Assembly (NCBI GenBank): GCA_902767075.1
Contig: CACXGM010000099.1
Coordinates: forward strand, 1-46,490
Reading direction: 5' to 3'
DNA: 46,490 nt
Source: an uncultured Lachnospiraceae bacterium
GTDB lineage: Bacteria; Bacillota; Clostridia; Lachnospirales; Lachnospiraceae
The position numbers and the translations under genes were made by a program. How positions within the stretch are numbered: position 1 is the first letter of the stretch; each line of letters begins with the position of its first letter. The notes under the pieces were generated by a model. The model was not told the origin of the DNA and ran no database searches. It saw only the letters and a list, made by a program, of their open reading frames with translations. Shown piece after piece: positions 35,644 through 46,205 of the stretch.

Positions 35644-36815
35644 GAAATCCCGTTTCAGATACAATCGTAGGAATCAAACCTTCAGGAATCAGAAAGTTCT
35701 TTGATATAGTCACAGAGATGAATGACAAAGATGTCATTTCCCTTGGCGTGGGTGAACCTGACTTTGACACACCCTGGCATATCCGCGATGAGGGTATTTA
35801 TTCTCTGGAAAAGGGCAGAACCTTTTATACCGGCAACTCCGGATTAAAAGAGCTTCGCCAGGAGATATGCAATTATTTAAAACGCAGTCAGGGTATCAAG
35901 TATGATGCTGTATCGGAAGTCTTGGTGACCGTGGGAGGCTCCGAGGCCATAGATATCGGACTCAGGGCAATGTGTAATCCAGGCGATGAGGTCATCATCC
36001 CTCAGCCCAGCTATGTTTCCTACGAACCCTGCGCTATTCTGGCAGGTGCCGTTCCCGTGGTGATCGACTTAAAGGAAGAAAATGAATTCCGTCTCACCGC
36101 GGAGGAGCTTCGCGCTGCCATCACACCAAAGACTAAAGTGCTCATTCTCCCCTTCCCCAACAACCCCACAGGAGCTATTATGGAGAAAGCCGATCTGGAG
36201 GCTATCAGGGAGGTTATAATAGAAAACGACATCTACGTCATGTCTGATGAGATCTACTCCGAGCTCACCTACAAGGATAAGCATGTTTCCATTGCATCCC
36301 TTCCCGGTATGAAGGAGAGGACTATCCTGATCAACGGATTCTCCAAGGCATACGCCATGACCGGATGGAGACTGGGATATGCCTGCGGACCCGAGGTGAT
36401 CATCAAGCAGATGACAAAGATCCATCAGTTCTGCATCATGTGTGCTCCCACCACCAGCCAGTATGCCGCTATCGAGGCATTAAAGAACGGTGATGATGAT
36501 GTGGCAAATATGCGCACGGCATACAATCAGCGCAGACGCTTTTTGCTCAATGCATTCAAGGAGATGGGAATAAAGGTATTTGAACCCTACGGCGCGTTCT
36601 ATATCTTCCCCTGCATAAAGGAATTCGGAATGACCAGTGACGAGTTCGCCACCAGATTTCTGGCGGAGGAGAAGGTTGCTGCAGTTCCCGGCACGGCCTT
36701 CGGTGCCAGTGGAGAGGGCTTCCTGAGAATTTCCTATGCATACTCGATCGATCAGCTTAGAGAAGCTATGAAGCGTTTCGCAAGGTTTGTCGAAAAGCTC
36801 AGAGCCGGCAATTGA
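35640..36815 (+). CDS. Class I/II PLP aminotransferase (YugH/AlaT-like)
   Basis: PSGIRKFFD, SLGVGEPDF, PNNPTG, SDEIY, GFSKAYAMTGWRLG. Confidence 0.92.
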   Translation: MRNPVSDTIVGIKPSGIRKFFDIVTEMNDKDVISLGVGEPDFDTPWHIRDEGIYSLEKGRTFYTGNSGLKELRQEICNYLKRSQGIKYDAVSEVLVTVGGSEAIDIGLRAMCNPGDEVIIPQPSYVSYEPCAILAGAVPVVIDLKEENEFRLTAEELRAAITPKTKVLILPFPNNPTGAIMEKADLEAIREVIIENDIYVMSDEIYSELTYKDKHVSIASLPGMKERTILINGFSKAYAMTGWRLGYACGPEVIIKQMTKIHQFCIMCAPTTSQYAAIEALKNGDDDVANMRTAYNQRRRFLLNAFKEMGIKVFEPYGAFYIFPCIKEFGMTSDEFATRFLAEEKVAAVPGTAFGASGEGFLRISYAYSIDQLREAMKRFARFVEKLRAGN

Positions 36816-36868
36816 TAGCCGGATCACGGCAGGATCGATAATAAGAAATCAATAATTTTTCGCAATAT

Positions 36869-36906
36869 GCACCCGAGGCCATAATTAAAAAGGCTTCGGG
36901 TGTTTT
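36869..36906 (+). terminator. Rho-independent terminator
   Basis: GCACCCGAGGCC..GGCTTCGGGTGT-TTT. Confidence 0.7.
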
Positions 36907-36963
36907 GTGTGTATACAACAAAGACACAGATTAATAAAAGTCAAGAAATAATTAAAAAGAGAC

Positions 36964-36992
36964 TTGAATAAAATTTAAATAGGTGTTAGTAT
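36964..36992 (+). promoter_or_regulatory. Putative sigma-A promoter of leuA
   Basis: TTGAAT-17 bp-TAGTAT with extended -10 TG. Confidence 0.5.
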
Positions 36993-37047
36993 TTTCAATG
37001 ATTTCAGCAGATGCCGGATCAAAAATATGACTTAAGGAGTGTTAAAA

Positions 37048-39054
37048 ATGGCTGGTTCAAAGAAGAAATTTAGTGAGAAATACCAGAAGACATATCATAT
37101 GCCTCCCGTGGTAACCTATGATTGGGTAAAGAAGGATACCATCGAGAAGGCACCTATCTGGTGCAGTGTTGACTTGCGTGACGGAAATCAGGCTCTCATC
37201 GATCCCATGAGCCTGGAGCAGAAGCTGGAATTCTTTGAACTTCTGGTAGATATAGGCTTCAAGGAGATAGAGGTGGGATTCCCCGCTTCCTCCGATACTG
37301 AGTATGAATTTATCCGCACTCTTATCGAGAAGGATATGATCCCCGATGATGTGACCATTCAGGTTCTCACCCAGGCCAGAGAGCATATCATCAAGAAGAC
37401 CTTTGAAGCTGTAAAGGGCGCACCCAAGGCAGTGGTACATCTTTACAACTCCACCTCTGTTGAACAGAGAGAGCAGGTTTTCAAAAAGGATAAGGATGCC
37501 ATCAAAAAGATCGCTGTGGACGGAGCTAAGCTGTTAAAGAAGCTGGCGGATGAAACCGACGGAAACTTCATGTTTGAGTACAGCCCCGAGAGCTTTTCAC
37601 AGACCGAGCCCGAGTACGCTCTTGAGGTCTGCAACGCAGTGCTGGATGTATGGAAGCCCACCAAGGACAAGAAGGTGATCATCAATCTCCCCTCCACGGT
37701 ACAGGTTGCCATGCCCCATGTTTTCGCTTGCCAGATCGAATATATGAGCAAAAATCTGAAGTACAGGAATAATGTGGTACTCAGTGTTCATCCTCACAAC
37801 GACCGCGGAACCGGTGTGGGAGATGCCGAGCTGGGAGTACTGGCGGGAGCGGACAGAGTGGAAGGAACTCTCTTCGGTAACGGTGAGAGAACCGGAAACG
37901 TTGATATCGTCACTCTTGCAAACAATATGATGACTCACGGTGTGGACAGTGGTCTTGATTTCTCGAATATTATGGAGATCCGTGAAAAATATGAGGGCTT
38001 CACAAATCTTCGTGTCCACGAGAGAACCCCTTATGCCGGAGACCTGGTATTCACCGCATTTTCGGGATCTCATCAGGATGCTATCAGCAAGGGAATGGCA
38101 TGGCGCGATGCCGGCAAGACCGGAAAACGCTGGGATATCCCTTATCTTCCCATCGATCCTTCGGATGTGGGAAGAGAGTACGAGTCGGATGTTATCCGTA
38201 TCAATTCCACTTCCGGAAAGGGCGGAGTTGCATTTGTTTTAAAGAATCAGTTTGGTTTTGCACTTCCGAAGGCTATGCAGGAGGAAGTGGGCTATCTGAT
38301 AAAGGGTGTTTCCGACAGGCGCCATCAGGAGCTTCTGGCCGGAGAGATCTTCCAGATCTTCGAGGAAAATTATATTTCTCCAAAGGGAATTTTCTCCATT
38401 CCCGAGTGCCACTTTAAGCAGGAAAAGGGCATTGTGGCAACAGTGACCACAGAGATCGCGGGAGTCACCAGGGAGCTGGTGGCAGCGGGAAACGGACGCC
38501 TCGATGCGGTCAGCAACGCGGTAAAGAATCTCTTTGGTATCGATTATGAGCTTTCCGTTTACGAGGAGCACGCTATCTCAAAGAGCTCCAGCTCCAAGGC
38601 TGCTTCCTATGTGGGTATCATGCAGAACGGCAAGATGTACTGGGGCGTGGGCGTTGATGAAGATATTATTAAAGCATCCATCGCCGCACTTGTCAGTGCG
38701 GTAAACCGCCTGGCTTCAGAGCAGCATATCACCCAGGGCCGCGAAGAGAGGATCACCCAGATCATCAGCTTCATTCAGGCTCATTACAGAGAGGTCACTC
38801 TGGAGGGGCTGGCAGATGAGTTCCATCTCTCCAAGCCTTATCTTTCAAAGTTCATAAAGGAAAAGTCCGGACAGACCTTCCAGGATCTCATCAAGACAGA
38901 GAGATTAAAGAGAGCAAAGAACCTTTTGAGAGGCACCAATATGAGCGTTGAAAACATTGCCGCCGAGGTGGGTTACGAGAATGTAGAGAACTTCAACAGG
39001 CTTTTCAAAAAGACACTGGGAAAGACTCCTCTTCAGTACAGAAAGAATCCCTGA
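37048..39054 (+). CDS. leuA: 2-isopropylmalate synthase fused to a C-terminal AraC-type HTH domain
   Basis: WCSVDLRDGNQAL, EYSPESF, HPHNDRG, GNGERTGN, AFSGSHQDAI, regulatory domain GNG.LDA..YEEHA, then TLEGLADEFHLSKPYLS..IAAEVGYENVENFNRLFKK..TPLQYRK. AAGGAG RBS before ATG 37048. Confidence 0.93.
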   Translation: MAGSKKKFSEKYQKTYHMPPVVTYDWVKKDTIEKAPIWCSVDLRDGNQALIDPMSLEQKLEFFELLVDIGFKEIEVGFPASSDTEYEFIRTLIEKDMIPDDVTIQVLTQAREHIIKKTFEAVKGAPKAVVHLYNSTSVEQREQVFKKDKDAIKKIAVDGAKLLKKLADETDGNFMFEYSPESFSQTEPEYALEVCNAVLDVWKPTKDKKVIINLPSTVQVAMPHVFACQIEYMSKNLKYRNNVVLSVHPHNDRGTGVGDAELGVLAGADRVEGTLFGNGERTGNVDIVTLANNMMTHGVDSGLDFSNIMEIREKYEGFTNLRVHERTPYAGDLVFTAFSGSHQDAISKGMAWRDAGKTGKRWDIPYLPIDPSDVGREYESDVIRINSTSGKGGVAFVLKNQFGFALPKAMQEEVGYLIKGVSDRRHQELLAGEIFQIFEENYISPKGIFSIPECHFKQEKGIVATVTTEIAGVTRELVAAGNGRLDAVSNAVKNLFGIDYELSVYEEHAISKSSSSKAASYVGIMQNGKMYWGVGVDEDIIKASIAALVSAVNRLASEQHITQGREERITQIISFIQAHYREVTLEGLADEFHLSKPYLSKFIKEKSGQTFQDLIKTERLKRAKNLLRGTNMSVENIAAEVGYENVENFNRLFKKTLGKTPLQYRKNP

Positions 39055-39129
39055 TACAAAAGCCCGGGCCATTTATATGTGAGTTTTTTGTGAAATACTT
39101 TATTTTTCGTTAAAAATGAGTTACAATAC

Positions 39130-39173
39130 TGATTTGCACGAGCCTTTATGAGGGTTTCGTGCAAATCATTTTT
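39130..39173 (+). terminator. Terminator-like hairpin
   Basis: TGATTTGCACGA..TCGTGCAAATCA-TTTTT. Confidence 0.7.
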
Positions 39174-39195
39174 GTTTTTAAAGGAGATAAGTTCG

Positions 39196-40749
39196 ATGTC
39201 GGATAAAGAGAACAATGCTCAGAAGCCTGAGAAGGTTTTAACAAAATACGAGATCAAGAAGCAGAAAAGAGCAGAGGAAAAGAAGAAGGAAGAAAAGACA
39301 CTCCTGATCTGGAAGACAGTGGGAATACTGTTACTGGCTGTATTTATCGGGTTCGTCCTCTCCTTCCCCGTTCGAAACATCATCGCACTGAACCAGACAG
39401 TGGTTACAGTCGACGGAGAAAAGATCGGCCGTGTGGAATTTGATTTTATGTATAACACAGTGAAGTCAAATTATTATGCAAATTACGCAAGCTATCTTCA
39501 GTACTACGGACTGACAGATACATCCGATCCCGCCACTGTAATGTATGATGACAAGCTCACCTTCAAAGATTATTTTGAGCAGCTTGCAGTGGATCAGATC
39601 AAGCAGAACATAGCTCTGGAAAGAGAAGCAAAGGCAGCAGGCTTCACCTATGACGCTACCAAGGACTGGAATGATTTCCTTGATATAGCAAAGGAAGGTG
39701 CAAAGCAGAGCGAACTTACTCTGGGCAAGTATTTCAAGAACAGCTACGGAGAATATGCTACTCAGTCAAGACTTAAGGGTCTTGTGGAAAAGACCGCTGA
39801 GCTGGCTCAATATTATCAGAGCGTATACGATTCAAAGCTTCCCACAGATGCGGAGATCGAGAAGTATTACAGCGAGAATTCCGCTGATTATGACAGCGTA
39901 GATTATTTCCTCACCACCATGAGCGCAGAACTTCCCACCGAGCCCACAGAGCTTGCTGACGAGGGCGCTACAGTCGGAGAGGACGGAAGCTATACTCCTT
40001 CCGAGGCAGAAAAAGAAGCAGCAATGGATGCAAAGAGACCTGAAGCGGAGGATGCTCAGAAGAATGTTATGACCGAAGGCACTCCTCATACCGATGAGCT
40101 TCAGTCACAGGCTAACTACTATATTCGTTCCTGGCTCTTTGATGATGCCCGTCAGGAGGGTGACACCACCGTTATCGAGAATGCGGCAAGCAGCACCTTC
40201 TATGTTGTCGGTTTCTCTAAGCGTTATCGCAACGAGGATATCACTGCAAACATCCGTGCCATCGTTACTCAGGAAAACAACGGCAAGGAGATCATGGCCG
40301 ATTGGAATGCAGGAGACAAGACTGAGGACAGATTCTTAGAGCTTATAGACAAGTACAGTGTTCACGATGCAGAGGGCGGATTATTTGAGAATCAGGATCC
40401 CAAGACCTACGACGGAGAGGTTAAGGAATGGCTCTTCTCCGCTGACAGAAAAGCAGGCGATGTTGAGAGCTTCTTTGTGGATGATATGTACACCTATGTT
40501 ATCTACTATCTGAATCCTTCTGACCCTGTATGGAAGATTTCCGTCACCGATGATATTATGAGCACCACCATGAGCGAGTATTCCAAGACCATCGTTGAGG
40601 GAATGGAAGTTACCGGAAATCTGAACTATTTAAAGATCGAGGCAGAGGAAGCTGCAGCACCCGAGGAGACCACCGAGGGCGGAGATACAGAAGCTTCCGA
40701 AGAAACACCCGCTGAGGACGCTGCTGAAGAGCAGGCCGATAGCCAGTAA
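39196..40749 (+). CDS. Membrane-anchored SurA/PrsA-like chaperone (PPIase-like)
   Basis: Basic N-terminus + TM, VTVDGEKI..EFDF, TDAEIEKYY.EN..DY, two WLF..R..GD parvulin-like modules, acidic tail; AAGGAG RBS. Confidence 0.7.
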   Translation: MSDKENNAQKPEKVLTKYEIKKQKRAEEKKKEEKTLLIWKTVGILLLAVFIGFVLSFPVRNIIALNQTVVTVDGEKIGRVEFDFMYNTVKSNYYANYASYLQYYGLTDTSDPATVMYDDKLTFKDYFEQLAVDQIKQNIALEREAKAAGFTYDATKDWNDFLDIAKEGAKQSELTLGKYFKNSYGEYATQSRLKGLVEKTAELAQYYQSVYDSKLPTDAEIEKYYSENSADYDSVDYFLTTMSAELPTEPTELADEGATVGEDGSYTPSEAEKEAAMDAKRPEAEDAQKNVMTEGTPHTDELQSQANYYIRSWLFDDARQEGDTTVIENAASSTFYVVGFSKRYRNEDITANIRAIVTQENNGKEIMADWNAGDKTEDRFLELIDKYSVHDAEGGLFENQDPKTYDGEVKEWLFSADRKAGDVESFFVDDMYTYVIYYLNPSDPVWKISVTDDIMSTTMSEYSKTIVEGMEVTGNLNYLKIEAEEAAAPEETTEGGDTEASEETPAEDAAEEQADSQ

Positions 40750-40797
40750 TAGGCAGAAAGATATTTGACTCGGGGAGTTATATTATTTATAATTTCT

Positions 40798-40830
40798 AAA
40801 GGGCAGGCAAAAAGGCCTGTCCTTTTTTTT
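40798..40830 (+). terminator. Rho-independent terminator
   Basis: AAAGGGCAGGC-AAAAAG-GCCTGTCCTTT-TTTTT. Confidence 0.75.
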
Positions 40831-40859
40831 CATATAACTCAAGGGTACAGAGGCTGAAA

Positions 40860-42314
40860 ATGAGATCGATAGGAAAAATGTCGCAACAGGAAAAAGTACA
40901 GTATATGCAGACGGAAAAGATTCCTGTCCTGGTGGGTAAGCTGTCGCTTCCCACCATTGTGAGCATGCTGATCACGGCACTCTACAATATGGCGGACACT
41001 TTCTTCGTAGGAAAGATAAATACCCAGGCCACAGCGGCAGTGGGACTTGTTTTTTCTGTAATGGCGGTAATACAGGCTCTAGGCTTCTATCACGGCCACG
41101 GGTCCGGGAACTACATATCGAGAAAACTGGGCGCGGGGGAATTTGAAGCCGCTGCGGATATGGCATCCACCGGATTTTTCTACGCAGTGTTTACGGGCAT
41201 CCTGGTGACAATAGCGGGACTTGTATTTCTGGACCCGCTGGCGATTATGCTGGGATCCACGGAGACCATACTTCCGTATACAAATGATTACCTCCGCATC
41301 ATTCTGATAGGTGCCCCCATTACCATGAGCAGCTTCGTGGTAAATAATCAGCTAAGGTTTCAGGGAAGCGCCACATATGCCATGGTGGGAATATGTTCCG
41401 GCGCCTTTTTGAATATGGGGCTTGATCCCCTCTTTATTTTCGGATTCAGAATGGGTGTTGCGGGAGCTGCGCTCTCCACGGTATTAAGCCAGCTTACCAG
41501 TCTTACGATCCTGCTCATCATGACACGCCGGGGAGGCAATCTGAGAATAAGCTTTAAGGGGCTTCACTTCGGGTGGTATTACGTGGCGGAAATATTTAAG
41601 GGAGGTTTTCCCTCTCTGGTGAGACAGGCTCTGGGAAGCGTTTCCTCCGTGCTTTTGAACCGTGCGGCGGGAACTTACGGAGCGCCTCTTTCCGATGCCG
41701 CCATCGCCGGTATGTCCGTGGTAAACAGGTATCTGATGTTCTGCTATTCGGCTCTTATCGGATTCGGGCAGGGATTCCAGCCCGTGTGTGGAATGAACTA
41801 CGGAGGAAAGAAATACGGCCGTGTAAGAGATGCGTTTTGGTTCTGCGTGAAGATCGCCTTCTTTGTACTGCTTGGCATAGCTGTGGTAAGCTTTATCTTC
41901 GCTCATCCGATCGTGGCATTTTTCAGAAAAGATGATCCGGATGTTGCAGCCATAGGTGCTGTTGCATTAAGATTTCAGATGGTGGTATTTCCTCTTGCCA
42001 GCATTGTAGTATTTGCAAATATGATGCTGCAGTCCGTGGGAAAGACCTTCAGAGCTTCACTTCTGTCCGGGGCAAGGCAGGGACTTTTCCTGATCCCGGC
42101 GGTGATCTTTCTTCCGCCCTTCCTGGGACTTTTGGGAGTGCAGATGGCGCAGATGATCGCGGATATCTGTTCCTTTGGGCTGACGCTGCCACTGATATTT
42201 GCCTTTTTAAGGGAAATGAAGGGGGAAGAGCAAAAGCTTCAAAGCACCGAGCCGAATGTACCGGAGTCATTAAAAAAAAAGAAAGCTAAAACAGATGAAC
42301 AAACTTGGAATTAA
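40860..42314 (+). CDS. MATE-family efflux transporter
   Basis: YNMADTFFVG, N..LDPLFIF..MGVAGAA.ST, QGFQPV.G.NYG; 12-TM pattern. Start may be 40878. Confidence 0.9.
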   Translation: MRSIGKMSQQEKVQYMQTEKIPVLVGKLSLPTIVSMLITALYNMADTFFVGKINTQATAAVGLVFSVMAVIQALGFYHGHGSGNYISRKLGAGEFEAAADMASTGFFYAVFTGILVTIAGLVFLDPLAIMLGSTETILPYTNDYLRIILIGAPITMSSFVVNNQLRFQGSATYAMVGICSGAFLNMGLDPLFIFGFRMGVAGAALSTVLSQLTSLTILLIMTRRGGNLRISFKGLHFGWYYVAEIFKGGFPSLVRQALGSVSSVLLNRAAGTYGAPLSDAAIAGMSVVNRYLMFCYSALIGFGQGFQPVCGMNYGGKKYGRVRDAFWFCVKIAFFVLLGIAVVSFIFAHPIVAFFRKDDPDVAAIGAVALRFQMVVFPLASIVVFANMMLQSVGKTFRASLLSGARQGLFLIPAVIFLPPFLGLLGVQMAQMIADICSFGLTLPLIFAFLREMKGEEQKLQSTEPNVPESLKKKKAKTDEQTWN

Positions 42315-43191
42315 TGAGCGCAAAGCTCTTGTATTAGACATAGACGGAACCCTTACAAATTCTCGAAAGGAGATCACTCCCAAAACGGCAGAGGCCATTA
42401 AGAGAATAATGGACATGGGTCACGCGGTGGTCCTTGCATCCGGGCGCCCCACACCGGGTATGAAAAGATACGAAACGGAACTTGAACTGTCAAAACACGG
42501 AGGATACCTTTTATCCTTTAACGGGGCCAGGGTGGTGGATTGTGTCACCTCCGAGGTCATATATCAAAAAACTCTTCCGGAGCATATTCCCGCTGAGGTT
42601 TATGAATTTGCAAAGGAGAAGGAAGCGGGGATCATCTCGTATTACCTTCGCGGAAACGGTTTTGAAGTGGAAAGACGGGGCGAATATTTCCAAAAGAGAA
42701 ATGTTGAACCCAAGGGAGATTACGTAATTTCAGCCTTTGAGCCGGATGAGTACGTTCTGCTGGAAGCCAGGATAAACAATATGGATGTCATCACGGTATA
42801 TGATTTTCCCGAGTTTATCAATTATCCCGTAAATAAATGCCTTATCACCGCGCCGGGTATGCTGGCGGCGGGATATGAAAAGGAACTTCAGGCAAAATAC
42901 GGGGATTCCCTTTCCATTTACCGTTCGGAGGAGTTCTTTCTGGAAGTGATGCCAAAGAATGTGAGTAAGGCAGAGACTCTGGATTCCATGCTTGAAAAAA
43001 TAGGTGTAAAAAGGGAAAACACTGTCTGCTGCGGCGATGGATTCAATGATATCTCCATGATCGAATACGCGGGAGTGGGGGTAGCTATGGCGAATGCCAA
43101 GGATGAAGTAAAAAAAGCAGCGGATTTTGTCACGGGATCCAATGACGAGGACGGACTGGTGACGGTCATAGATAAGTTTATTTTAAATTAA
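42295..43191 (+). CDS. Cof-type HAD-IIB hydrolase
   Basis: DIDGTL, ASGRP, GDGFNDISM..AGVGVAM.NA. Confidence 0.9.
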   Translation: MNKLGINERKALVLDIDGTLTNSRKEITPKTAEAIKRIMDMGHAVVLASGRPTPGMKRYETELELSKHGGYLLSFNGARVVDCVTSEVIYQKTLPEHIPAEVYEFAKEKEAGIISYYLRGNGFEVERRGEYFQKRNVEPKGDYVISAFEPDEYVLLEARINNMDVITVYDFPEFINYPVNKCLITAPGMLAAGYEKELQAKYGDSLSIYRSEEFFLEVMPKNVSKAETLDSMLEKIGVKRENTVCCGDGFNDISMIEYAGVGVAMANAKDEVKKAADFVTGSNDEDGLVTVIDKFILN

Positions 43192-43198
43192 GGTTTTA

Positions 43199-44560
43199 AT
43201 GAATAAAAAAGATATCAGGATAAACATACCCGAGAGGGCGAATTTAATAGTGAAAACTCTGCAGGATGCAGGGTATGAGGCCTATGTTGTGGGAGGCTGC
43301 GTCAGGGATGAGATCTTAAAGCGCGATCCCGATGACTGGGATATTACCACATCGGCGCTTCCCCGGCAGGTAAAGGCACTGTTCAGAAGGACGGTGGATA
43401 CGGGATTAAAGCACGGCACCGTCACTGTCATGCAGGGGGATGAGGGTTTTGAAGTTACAACCTACCGCATCGACGGACAGTATGAGGACGGAAGACATCC
43501 AAAGAATGTGGAATTTACCCGCAGTCTTGAAGAAGATCTTAAAAGGCGGGATTTTACCATAAATGCAATGGCCTACAACGATCGTGACGGACTGGTGGAT
43601 CTCTTTGACGGTCTGGGAGATATGGAAAGAAAGGTGATCCGCTGTGTGGGAGACCCTGTTGAGCGTTTCTCGGAGGATGCGCTGAGGATGCTTCGGGCCG
43701 TGAGATTTTCGGCACAGCTCTCATTTTCCATAGATCCTGCCACGGAGGCGGCCATCTCAAAGCTTTCTCCAAATCTTGAAAAGATAAGCGCCGAGAGGAT
43801 CCACACGGAACTGATAAAGCTTCTGGTTTCGGACAATCCAATGCAGCTCAGGAAAGCCTATGAAACAGGAATGACAAAGGTGTTTTTGCCTGAGTTTGAC
43901 AAGGCTATGGAGACGGATCAGAAGCATATACATCACTGTTACAGCGTGGGAGAACACATCCTTCACAGTGTAGATCAAGTCCCCGCCACCCCCGTGCTCA
44001 GGCTGGCAATGCTTCTCCACGATATAGGTAAGCCTGAGACATTGTCTGTGGATGAGAACGGCACCACCCATTTCAGGGGGCATCCCGCTGTGAGCATGGA
44101 GATGGCAAAGAAGATCCTGCGCCGCCTTAAGCTGGACAATGATACCATCGACAAGGTCTCTGTTCTGGTGAGGTATCATGACTACGGAAACGGCAAGGAG
44201 GCAGACGAGAAAACCGTCCGCAAGGCCATGTCAAAGATAGGGGCCGATCTTTTCCCTGATTTTCTGGAGGTCAGGAGGGCGGACTGCCTGGCTCAGAGCG
44301 ATTACAAGCGACAGGAAAAGCTTGATAATCTCGAGGCCTGGGGTAAAATATATAAAGATATTCTTGAAAAAAAGCAATGCTTTTGCTTAAAGGATATGAA
44401 GATCACAGGGCGTGAACTGATGGAACTGGGAGTTAAACCGGGACCTCTCATGGGAGAGATCTTACAAAAGCTCCTGGAAGAAGTGATAGACGATCCGGAT
44501 AAAAATGATGAAGAGTACCTTAGAAAAAGAGCGCGCGAATTGGCGCAGGAGACAAATTAA
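43199..44560 (+). CDS. cca: CCA tRNA nucleotidyltransferase with HD domain
   Basis: VVGGCVRD..DWDITT, EVTTYR, RRDFTINA, EDALRMLRA.RF, LHDIGK. Confidence 0.92.
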   Translation: MNKKDIRINIPERANLIVKTLQDAGYEAYVVGGCVRDEILKRDPDDWDITTSALPRQVKALFRRTVDTGLKHGTVTVMQGDEGFEVTTYRIDGQYEDGRHPKNVEFTRSLEEDLKRRDFTINAMAYNDRDGLVDLFDGLGDMERKVIRCVGDPVERFSEDALRMLRAVRFSAQLSFSIDPATEAAISKLSPNLEKISAERIHTELIKLLVSDNPMQLRKAYETGMTKVFLPEFDKAMETDQKHIHHCYSVGEHILHSVDQVPATPVLRLAMLLHDIGKPETLSVDENGTTHFRGHPAVSMEMAKKILRRLKLDNDTIDKVSVLVRYHDYGNGKEADEKTVRKAMSKIGADLFPDFLEVRRADCLAQSDYKRQEKLDNLEAWGKIYKDILEKKQCFCLKDMKITGRELMELGVKPGPLMGEILQKLLEEVIDDPDKNDEEYLRKRARELAQETN

Positions 44561-46073
44561 ATATCCCGTCCTTGCGGCAGTGCTTTCCATGATCTCCCTG
44601 GCATTTACAGGTTGCGGTGATTTCGGGCTGCTGCCTGAGCAGTCCCCCGTGATAGGTGAAGAGGAACATCATAACGGACCTGTTGTATATGGCCCCGGAA
44701 GCTATGATTCCGCTGATACTCCCATTCTGGTGAAAAAGGATGAGGAGAAAAAGACTCTGACTTTTTACAATACGGATGTGGAAAAGAACTATACTCTCGA
44801 GTATGACGGGACCACCTGCTTTTATGACAAATACGGAAGCACGCTGTCACTCTCCCAGTTGAATCAGGGAGACATAGTGGACGTGCGGTTCGTCAAGGAA
44901 AAGAAGCATCTCACCTCCATGAATGTTTCCCCCGATGCCTGGGTCATATCCGAAACGGACAGATATGTTTTTGACAATGTAAAAAGGGAAGTAACCATTG
45001 GTGAGGATACCTATAAAATAAGTTCCGATGCCGTGTACTTTTCCGATGAAAGACAGATAAAGGAAGAGGATATCATTTCGACGGACCGTCTGACCTTTCA
45101 CGGCATGGACAACAAGGTGTACAGCGTCAATGTGGACAAGGGGCACGGATACCTGCGCCTCACGGGTCATCAGGGTTTTATCGACGGCTGGATAGAGATC
45201 GGTACAAGCGTGATACAAAAGGTGACGGAGGATATGCTCATCACCGTCCCCGAGGGTAAGTATCAGGTCAAGATAAGTGCAGCGGGAACCACTGCCGAGA
45301 AAAATGTGGTGATCAACAGAAACAGCGAATCTTCTCTGGATTTTTCCGATGTGGAATTCGCTAAGCCAAAGACGGGAAAGGTCTTCTTTTCCCTCAGCCC
45401 CACAAAGGCTAAGCTCTATGTGGACGGCGAACTGACGGATGTGTCGGAAAGCGTGGAGCTCACCTACGGCCTGCATCAGCTGATCTGCAAGGCAGAGGGC
45501 TATACCTCCATTACTCAGTATCTGAACGTGGGACAGCCCAGCGCCGGGATAGATATTACCCTGGAGGAGATCAAGGACAAGGAAGAGGACAGTGACAGCA
45601 CGGCCAGCGGAAACGAAAACTCTTCCGGCGGCAGCAGCACTGAAAACAGCGGTAATTCCGGCAACGTCGATAACGGTGGAAATAACGGCGGTACCGAAAG
45701 CGGTACGAATGGAGGAAATACCGGTAACGAGGGAGGAAGCTCCGGAAATTCCGGAAGTAACGGAACCGGCACGGAGAACGGCAGCAGTACGGAGAACGGC
45801 GGAAACACCGGCGGCGAAGATCAGACTCTGACTGAACCCATCGACATTACATCAACATATTACAGAGTCTTTGTGGACTCTCCGGAAAGCGTTGAAATAT
45901 ACGTGGACGGATCGTATGTGGGAATAGCTCCCTGCAGCTTTAAAAAGACTGCCGGATACCACATTGTGACCCTCAGTAAAAGCGGATATATTACGCGCAG
46001 TTACACCATTTCTGTGGATTCTGACGATAAAGATATATCTTTTTCATTTGCAGATTTGGTAAAAGAGCCGTAG
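44505..46073 (+). CDS. PEGA-domain lipoprotein
   Basis: Lipobox FTGC; PEGA-like repeats (SPTKAKLYVDG..G.H; SPESVEIYVDG..G.H.V..SKSGY); Gly/Asn/Ser linker. Start is uncertain. Confidence 0.75.
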   Translation: MMKSTLEKERANWRRRQIKYPVLAAVLSMISLAFTGCGDFGLLPEQSPVIGEEEHHNGPVVYGPGSYDSADTPILVKKDEEKKTLTFYNTDVEKNYTLEYDGTTCFYDKYGSTLSLSQLNQGDIVDVRFVKEKKHLTSMNVSPDAWVISETDRYVFDNVKREVTIGEDTYKISSDAVYFSDERQIKEEDIISTDRLTFHGMDNKVYSVNVDKGHGYLRLTGHQGFIDGWIEIGTSVIQKVTEDMLITVPEGKYQVKISAAGTTAEKNVVINRNSESSLDFSDVEFAKPKTGKVFFSLSPTKAKLYVDGELTDVSESVELTYGLHQLICKAEGYTSITQYLNVGQPSAGIDITLEEIKDKEEDSDSTASGNENSSGGSSTENSGNSGNVDNGGNNGGTESGTNGGNTGNEGGSSGNSGSNGTGTENGSSTENGGNTGGEDQTLTEPIDITSTYYRVFVDSPESVEIYVDGSYVGIAPCSFKKTAGYHIVTLSKSGYITRSYTISVDSDDKDISFSFADLVKEP

Positions 46074-46118
46074 ACAAATAAAAAATAGCGATTTTTAGCG
46101 ATTTTTAGCCCATTTTTC

Positions 46119-46147
46119 TTGACAAAAAGGGAGAAAGTAAGTATATA
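46119..46147 (+). promoter_or_regulatory. Putative sigma-A promoter of hup
   Basis: TTGACA-17 bp-TATATA. Confidence 0.5.
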
Positions 46148-46205
46148 TAAAGAGTAGCTTACAAACGGCTATTAAATAATCTCATATTCAGGAGGAAAAT
46201 TAATC

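Noticed and set aside
45590-45820. Gly/Asn/Ser-rich quasi-repeats in the PEGA protein
   Set aside because: Ordinary low-complexity linker.
46086-46117. TAGCGATTTT tandem repeat upstream of the hup promoter
   Set aside because: Only about 2.5 copies of 10 bp; may be a binding site but is unsupported.
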